A stretch of 64,000 nt of DNA from a virus (Duplodnaviria; Caudoviricetes), in the IMG/VR virus record IMGVR_UViG_3300028833_000057, positions 203,827 through 267,826 of that record. The stretch is one strand, 5' to 3'. Positions 59,193 through 64,000 of the stretch are shown here, piece by piece. Each line of letters opens with the position of its first letter. Within the stretch, counting starts at the first letter, position 1. The position numbers were made by a program, and so were the translations under genes. The notes below the pieces were generated by a model. The model did no database searches, was not told the DNA's origin, and was given only the letters and a program-made list of their open reading frames with translations.

Positions 59193-61094
59193 TTAAGCTG
59201 TAGCAAATATAGATAGTAACTCTTCTTGATCAGGTAGACCAAGATATTTACTACCTATAGCAAAGTTATCTCGGCTAACTACGAAATCAGCTAGTTCTGC
59301 AGAGAAATTTACATCACCTACATCTGCTTTAGGATATATCTTGCCAATAAGGGTAGTAATATAGATATTCCATGCAATCTTCAGGTTAGGATATAGTGAT
59401 GAAAGGTCTGAGTCCGCAACTAGATCGAAGATAAGAGAAGATAGTTTGCCAAGGATTTCTACTCCGAGTGGTGACATTAACTTAGGATCTGCCACGAAAG
59501 CTCCACGGAATTTAACCTTCTTAGTCTTACCTTGGCTTTGCACAAGTTCTACGATGCTTTCTTCTTCTACTTCATCATCTTCTTCTGCTGTATCTAGAAC
59601 ATTTAGTATATTTACAACTGCATCAGCTTTTTCATTTTTAACTTTATATGGTTTTAATTCAGGATAACGATCCAGTGTTTTACCATTTTCTTCTGCTTTC
59701 TTTACTAGCTGATTATATACTTTAGTACGGTTATTAGATATAACTAAGCCTAGATATTTCTTATAGAAATCATCAATAAGATTTCTAAGCATTGTAGTCT
59801 TAGTCATAGCCTTATCAATTCTGGTATGAGATAGGCTACTCAACATCGTCATAGTATCAATATCAGATGTCTTGGTATCAAACCAGTAAAGACCCATAGT
59901 ATCTATTGCAGAGTACAAAACAAATTCTGCATAATCTTCATATGGATAGTCTGCAATATCACAGTCATGCTGAACTTTATGTATACCGAGTTCAGACTCA
60001 AGAGCATAGTCCAGAGAATATTCTTCAGGCTTCTTCATAGATTCACGAATCTTTAAGAAGAAGTACTGCATATCTAGACATTCCCAAGGGCTAGATATAC
60101 GATGCCTATCATTCTTTTTAGATAAATCCTTAGCATGTTCATCGCCAATATAATATGCATCTCTAAATGATACTGGGATCTCATCTGCAGATACTACATC
60201 GCATAGATACTCATAAGATTTCTTATCTCTAAGACGACCAAATGTGAAATTAATATCGAATTCTTGGTTCCATGCCATCAAATAGTCAATCTTATACTTA
60301 TTTTTTAAGTCCATATAATGATCTGTAATCATCTGGACTTCATCGCTGTAAAACTTAATTTCTAACTTTACAGGTGGCAATGGTGCCTTCTCAAAAAGCT
60401 TTTGTTGTTGTTCATTAATATGCTTTTCTATTCTTACTCGATGCTCTTCTAAATGCTTTTTAAACTCTTCAAGTTGCGGATTAAACTCTATATACTGCTC
60501 TTCATCACCACTGTTATCAAGCAATCGTATAATTTCTGTATGAGTATGTGCATCAAAGAAAGATATGGCATTAACGGGAGTACTATGTACTTTACCAGGT
60601 ACAAAATCTCTTACTTTACGGTTATTGGTCTCAATATCAAAATAACCTTTACGAATGTTTTTAATCTCTAGATCATTCTCATATTTAGATAAAAATCTAT
60701 GAAAATAGTGATCTTCAAGATTTATATCTATACCATGAGTATGATTTAGCAATAAGAGATTTTCTGGTGAAGTTCTATTTTTTCTACAAGCTGCTAGATA
60801 ATTAAAATTCTTTTCAGCTTCCTCTTTATCAAAATCTGCTTGAAGCCTTACAATTTCATCATATACTTCAGAATATGGACATTCACATTCTTCAACGTCT
60901 GATAAGGGCATTGTTACGGGATCTGCACCTTCATATTCTTTAATTTTATCAAGTTTTGTAGTATAAAACTTTACTGTAGGCTTTGACGTAAACTTAACTT
61001 TCTTTACACCATCTTCATAATAAACTATAGCTATACCATCTTGGTATTTATCATTTCTTAGCTGCTTTACAGTAACTAATTCATATTTAGGCAT
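59193..61094 (-). CDS. Family B DNA polymerase, N-terminal subunit (3'-5' exonuclease plus motif A)
   Basis: ExoI FDIET, ExoII AWNQEFD, ExoIII YSAID, FRGAFV, motif A DLSSLYP. Confidence 0.9.
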   Translation of the reverse strand: MPKYELVTVKQLRNDKYQDGIAIVYYEDGVKKVKFTSKPTVKFYTTKLDKIKEYEGADPVTMPLSDVEECECPYSEVYDEIVRLQADFDKEEAEKNFNYLAACRKNRTSPENLLLLNHTHGIDINLEDHYFHRFLSKYENDLEIKNIRKGYFDIETNNRKVRDFVPGKVHSTPVNAISFFDAHTHTEIIRLLDNSGDEEQYIEFNPQLEEFKKHLEEHRVRIEKHINEQQQKLFEKAPLPPVKLEIKFYSDEVQMITDHYMDLKNKYKIDYLMAWNQEFDINFTFGRLRDKKSYEYLCDVVSADEIPVSFRDAYYIGDEHAKDLSKKNDRHRISSPWECLDMQYFFLKIRESMKKPEEYSLDYALESELGIHKVQHDCDIADYPYEDYAEFVLYSAIDTMGLYWFDTKTSDIDTMTMLSSLSHTRIDKAMTKTTMLRNLIDDFYKKYLGLVISNNRTKVYNQLVKKAEENGKTLDRYPELKPYKVKNEKADAVVNILNVLDTAEEDDEVEEESIVELVQSQGKTKKVKFRGAFVADPKLMSPLGVEILGKLSSLIFDLVADSDLSSLYPNLKIAWNIYITTLIGKIYPKADVGDVNFSAELADFVVSRDNFAIGSKYLGLPDQEELLSIFATA

Positions 61095-61615
61095 TTAATT
61101 TATCCTTGAATTCGTTTTTAAAAGTTAAGGCTACCGGCGCCGACACCAAATCCAAATTGACCTCTAGTATTTATGCCGGGTCCAAATCTGATACCACCAT
61201 CATCAGATGGTCTACGTCTTTCTCTTTTTGCTTCTTCTTCAGCTTTCATCTTCTCATAGCATACAGGATCCTGCTTACATGCTTTAACTTTTTGATTCTC
61301 ATTATATGCTATGCATCCTATAACTATAAATACTAATACTGTAATGATTATATTTACCAAAGTATTTACCTGATCTTTATCCATTTTTACTCCTTGTGTA
61401 ATAAAACGTTGATTATAATAAATAATAGATTTTGAAGATTACTCTTCAAAATCTATTATTTCTAACTCCACATCTCTAAATTTAGCATGAGGAATCCCAG
61501 TATCATCACAAGAAATTGTGGCTCATAATAAACTATAGCTATACCATCTTGGTATTTATCATTTCTTAGCTGCTTTACAGTAACTAATTCATATTTAGGC
61601 ATTTAATTTATCCTT
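61015..61615. repeat. 93-bp exact direct repeat (61015-61107 / 61523-61615) of the polymerase 5' end
   Basis: Identical sequence at 508-bp offset. Confidence 0.95.
61118..61384 (-). CDS. Small membrane-anchored protein (cassette 1)
   Basis: 88 aa; N-terminal TM; Gly-rich C-terminus. Confidence 0.7.
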   Translation of the reverse strand: MDKDQVNTLVNIIITVLVFIVIGCIAYNENQKVKACKQDPVCYEKMKAEEEAKRERRRPSDDGGIRFGPGINTRGQFGFGVGAGSLNF

Positions 61616-62061
61616 AAATTCGTTTCTTAAAAATTCTTTAAACTTCTCAAAATCACTATCAATATACTGCCTTGGATTATCACTGAAACACCTTTGGAAG
61701 CAGCAATAATCTTCATAGACTTCAATTACCAGCCAATCTCGTTCAGCACCATTTTCCCATTGAATACTCATGTCAGCACATGGGAACATTTCAAATTCTG
61801 GTTTAGGTATGAGCTTATCTATCTCTTCAGCCCTTTTCAAAAGAAGTTCAGATAAAGGTTCACAGTCATATCCATTCCAATCTTTTTCAGAGCAGTCTTT
61901 TCTAATGCTTTCTATAGTATTCATAATTTCCTCTGTAATAATTCGTTGATTTAAGTAAATAATAGATTTTGAAGATTACTCTTCAAAATCTACTATTTCT
62001 AGTTCTACATTACGGAATTTAGCATGAGGAATTCCAGTATCATCACAAGAGATTGTGGCTC
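61397..62061. repeat. Diverged ~125-bp direct repeat (61397-61524 / 61934-62061) of the 3' end of gene 61976-62728
   Basis: Mostly synonymous differences between copies. Confidence 0.9.
61595..61924 (-). CDS. Hypothetical protein (cassette 2)
   Basis: 109 aa; DWNGY..EP motif. Confidence 0.7.
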   Translation of the reverse strand: MNTIESIRKDCSEKDWNGYDCEPLSELLLKRAEEIDKLIPKPEFEMFPCADMSIQWENGAERDWLVIEVYEDYCCFQRCFSDNPRQYIDSDFEKFKEFLRNEFKDKLNA

Positions 62062-62728
62062 TTTCTTCTGGAAGAATTCCTAAGACAGAAGGATCTATTA
62101 AGACTACGGAGTCATCCTTACTTGACACCAAATCTATAATAGCTATCTTACCATCAATATCACATACAACTTGGTAAGCATCTGTCTGGGCAACAAATTC
62201 CTGTTCCTTTTCAGCATCAGGAACGCCCAGCATCTGTCTTTTCATTATTTCAAGCTCTTTTTCATCAGTAGTAATTGGTTCAGTTTCATCGCCTAAAGCA
62301 GCATCTACTTTAGCATCAAAATCATCAGATACTACTTGAGCATCAATAGTCTGTACATTTTTATATCCAACGTTATACTTAGAGAAAAGTTCCATAAGTT
62401 TAGTAACAGGAATATCTCCATTATCATTAAGAAGATTACCCGTAAGACGTTTGATCTCTTGATTAAACTTGGTATTCTTGATGTTTACTTTCTCTTTTAT
62501 TGCTTGTAATTTAGCAGTTTTAAGGCTAATTAGATTGGATGTCTGATTAGCTATAAATGTAAGACTACCCCTAGCTCTAGCTTTCTTAATCTGATCCAAG
62601 GTATCTTTAGATTCATCATATAGTGTATCAAGATCCTGAATAACACTGTCAATATTATTCATTTCATCACTATAATCGGTATTTAAACCCATCGATGAAT
62701 CATTATTTGGTACAATCTCATTTGACAT
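61976..62728 (-). CDS. Hypothetical coiled-coil protein
   Basis: 250 aa ORF. Confidence 0.7.
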   Translation of the reverse strand: MSNEIVPNNDSSMGLNTDYSDEMNNIDSVIQDLDTLYDESKDTLDQIKKARARGSLTFIANQTSNLISLKTAKLQAIKEKVNIKNTKFNQEIKRLTGNLLNDNGDIPVTKLMELFSKYNVGYKNVQTIDAQVVSDDFDAKVDAALGDETEPITTDEKELEIMKRQMLGVPDAEKEQEFVAQTDAYQVVCDIDGKIAIIDLVSSKDDSVVLIDPSVLGILPEERATISCDDTGIPHAKFRNVELEIVDFEE

Positions 62729-63032
62729 AAGATACCTTAGCGTAAGTATTCTTTATAAAGTTTTCTAATACATCTTTAGCTTCATTTAAAGCATGTTTAT
62801 TAACTACTTCAGAGTTTTCACCAGAATATACTATCTTTATTCCATCTTTCATAGGTTTGTATACTATTAAGTATAACGGCACCCATGAAGAATCTATGCA
62901 GTATGTATCGGTATAAAAACCTTTCTTTTCTTCTTCATTAATTTCTAAAAGTGCATCTAAACCCTTAAAATATTTAAGATATTCAGAACCTGCTTTTAAA
63001 TTCAAAACATCTAAACGGCGAGATAAAATCAT
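62718..63032 (-). CDS. Hypothetical protein
   Basis: 104 aa ORF. Confidence 0.65.
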   Translation of the reverse strand: MILSRRLDVLNLKAGSEYLKYFKGLDALLEINEEEKKGFYTDTYCIDSSWVPLYLIVYKPMKDGIKIVYSGENSEVVNKHALNEAKDVLENFIKNTYAKVSYVK

Positions 63033-63445
63033 TAGCTAAAATCTCCTTCTATAATATCGTAAGTTTCGTTAGGTGGATTGGATACTACAAAATATGCCCT
63101 TTGTCGCCATAGCCCTATATTAGAATCATATACGGCATGATTATCAATTTCAAATTCATTAATTTCATTTTTTGTCATAAAAGAAGCTGCGGGTTTATAT
63201 GTATTATCTGTATCGCCTTTATAACCGCGCTTAGTAATAGTATCTAGTAATTCTTCTACGGATACTTTCTGTTGGTATTCATTATATACTATATTGTCCT
63301 TATTATTAATATAATCTTTCCACTGATCTAAGTTTTCCAAGATACCTGGGATATAATGTAAAGAAAAAGCCCATCCAATAGAGGACTTTCCAATATGAAG
63401 AGGTTTTTCTCTTCCTTTAAGTCTAATATAGTAATTTGTACTCAT
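63032..63445 (-). CDS. Conserved phage hypothetical protein (MSTNYY..LHIGKSS.GW.F family)
   Basis: Recognisable motif; AAAGGAG RBS at ATG 63445. Confidence 0.75.
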   Translation of the reverse strand: MSTNYYIRLKGREKPLHIGKSSIGWAFSLHYIPGILENLDQWKDYINNKDNIVYNEYQQKVSVEELLDTITKRGYKGDTDNTYKPAASFMTKNEINEFEIDNHAVYDSNIGLWRQRAYFVVSNPPNETYDIIEGDFS

Positions 63446-63492
63446 AAAGCTCCTTTGTGTCAACTAAATGTTAGTCGTATAGAATCTCATGG

Positions 63493-63557
63493 AAAAATAA
63501 ACACATAGCCCGAAGGCTATGTGTTTACTCGTTTAACCCAATAAGGAGGTATTCCTC
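63493..63557 (-). ncRNA. Putative ~65-nt late sRNA with perfect anti-SD
   Basis: Promoter identical to that at 10814-10829; contains ACCUCCUUA; 13-bp terminator stem with UUCG loop. Confidence 0.55.
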
Positions 63558-63566
63558 AATTTTTAG

Positions 63567-63935
63567 TTATTGCTGTGGTGCATTTGCCTTTTCAGCCTTT
63601 TTAATGGCTGCGGACAAACTGCCTTCATATAAATTGCCGGAACTTACAACGATAGACTTAGCTTTACCCCAATATTTTGCACGAAGTCTAGCTCTCCATA
63701 CACGAGAAAGCTTAAAGAACTTCACAAACTTATAGTATAGGATATCATTATTCTGCTTGGCAAGAAGCATACACACTTTAGCAATACGTTTATCCATAAT
63801 AGACTTAGTATCCCAAGTTTGACGCTTGATCTTAATACCTTCAGAAGCAAGCATATCCATTTCTTCTGGTGTAATATCTGATAGAATTTCTTTCAGAAGC
63901 ATTTCATTCTGTGCAGAGAGTTCTGTATCTTTCAT
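63567..63935 (-). CDS. Putative processed head protein
   Basis: Acidic propeptide ending ASE|G, followed by a basic domain. Confidence 0.5.
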   Translation of the reverse strand: MKDTELSAQNEMLLKEILSDITPEEMDMLASEGIKIKRQTWDTKSIMDKRIAKVCMLLAKQNNDILYYKFVKFFKLSRVWRARLRAKYWGKAKSIVVSSGNLYEGSLSAAIKKAEKANAPQQ

Positions 63936-64000
63936 AATAAACCTTTAAGTTTTGTATTTCAATAAAGAAGTTGAAAAAAAAAAAAAAACACAAAAGCAAT

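Noticed and set aside
61015-62061. DGR template/variable repeat pair or IS target duplication
   Set aside because: Differences are synonymous rather than adenine-specific; no reverse transcriptase, transposase or terminal inverted repeats.
1-64000. Stop-codon reassignment
   Set aside because: Core genes are full length in the standard code, TAG ends several genes, and there is no suppressor tRNA.
1-64000. Host assignment
   Set aside because: Hints of an anaerobic diderm host with moderate GC (glycyl-radical peptide, spanin-like protein, codon bias) are too indirect to name a taxon.

Overview
AT-rich segment of a jumbo myophage of the phiKZ/AR9 (PBS1)-like type. It encodes split multisubunit RNA polymerase subunits (beta-N, beta'), a candidate sigma-like specificity subunit, a split family B DNA polymerase, UvsX/RecA, SSB, a Dda/RecD-like helicase, HU, major capsid protein, portal, baseplate and fibre proteins, and a paralogous family of internal head proteins with A/S-x-E cleavage motifs. 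Accessory enzymes include a Stealth phosphotransferase, two radical SAM proteins (one fused to a nucleotidyltransferase), a mini glycyl-radical protein, an AAA-M41 protease, an M16 peptidase, a rhomboid protease and HAD phosphatases. Two phage promoter classes recur: TTATATTAA and WACW-N6-TR. There are eight ordinary tRNAs plus several tRNA-like and structured RNAs. The most unusual signals are non-coding. (1) A coiled-coil gene (41344-42210) is co-transcribed with a ~300-nt nested-helix RNA that carries U-rich repeats and a complete non-canonical tRNA. (2) Late-promoter small RNAs expose anti-Shine-Dalgarno sequences, and one is exactly complementary over 18 nt to the ribosome-binding region of a phage gene 11.6 kb away. 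(3) The tRNA cluster is interleaved with many unexplained structured RNAs (double T-arm RNA, anticodon-less Ala-type tRNA, 6S-like rod). (4) A tandem cassette-capture scar lies in front of the DNA polymerase gene. All calls were made by eye from sequence motifs; no database searches were run.
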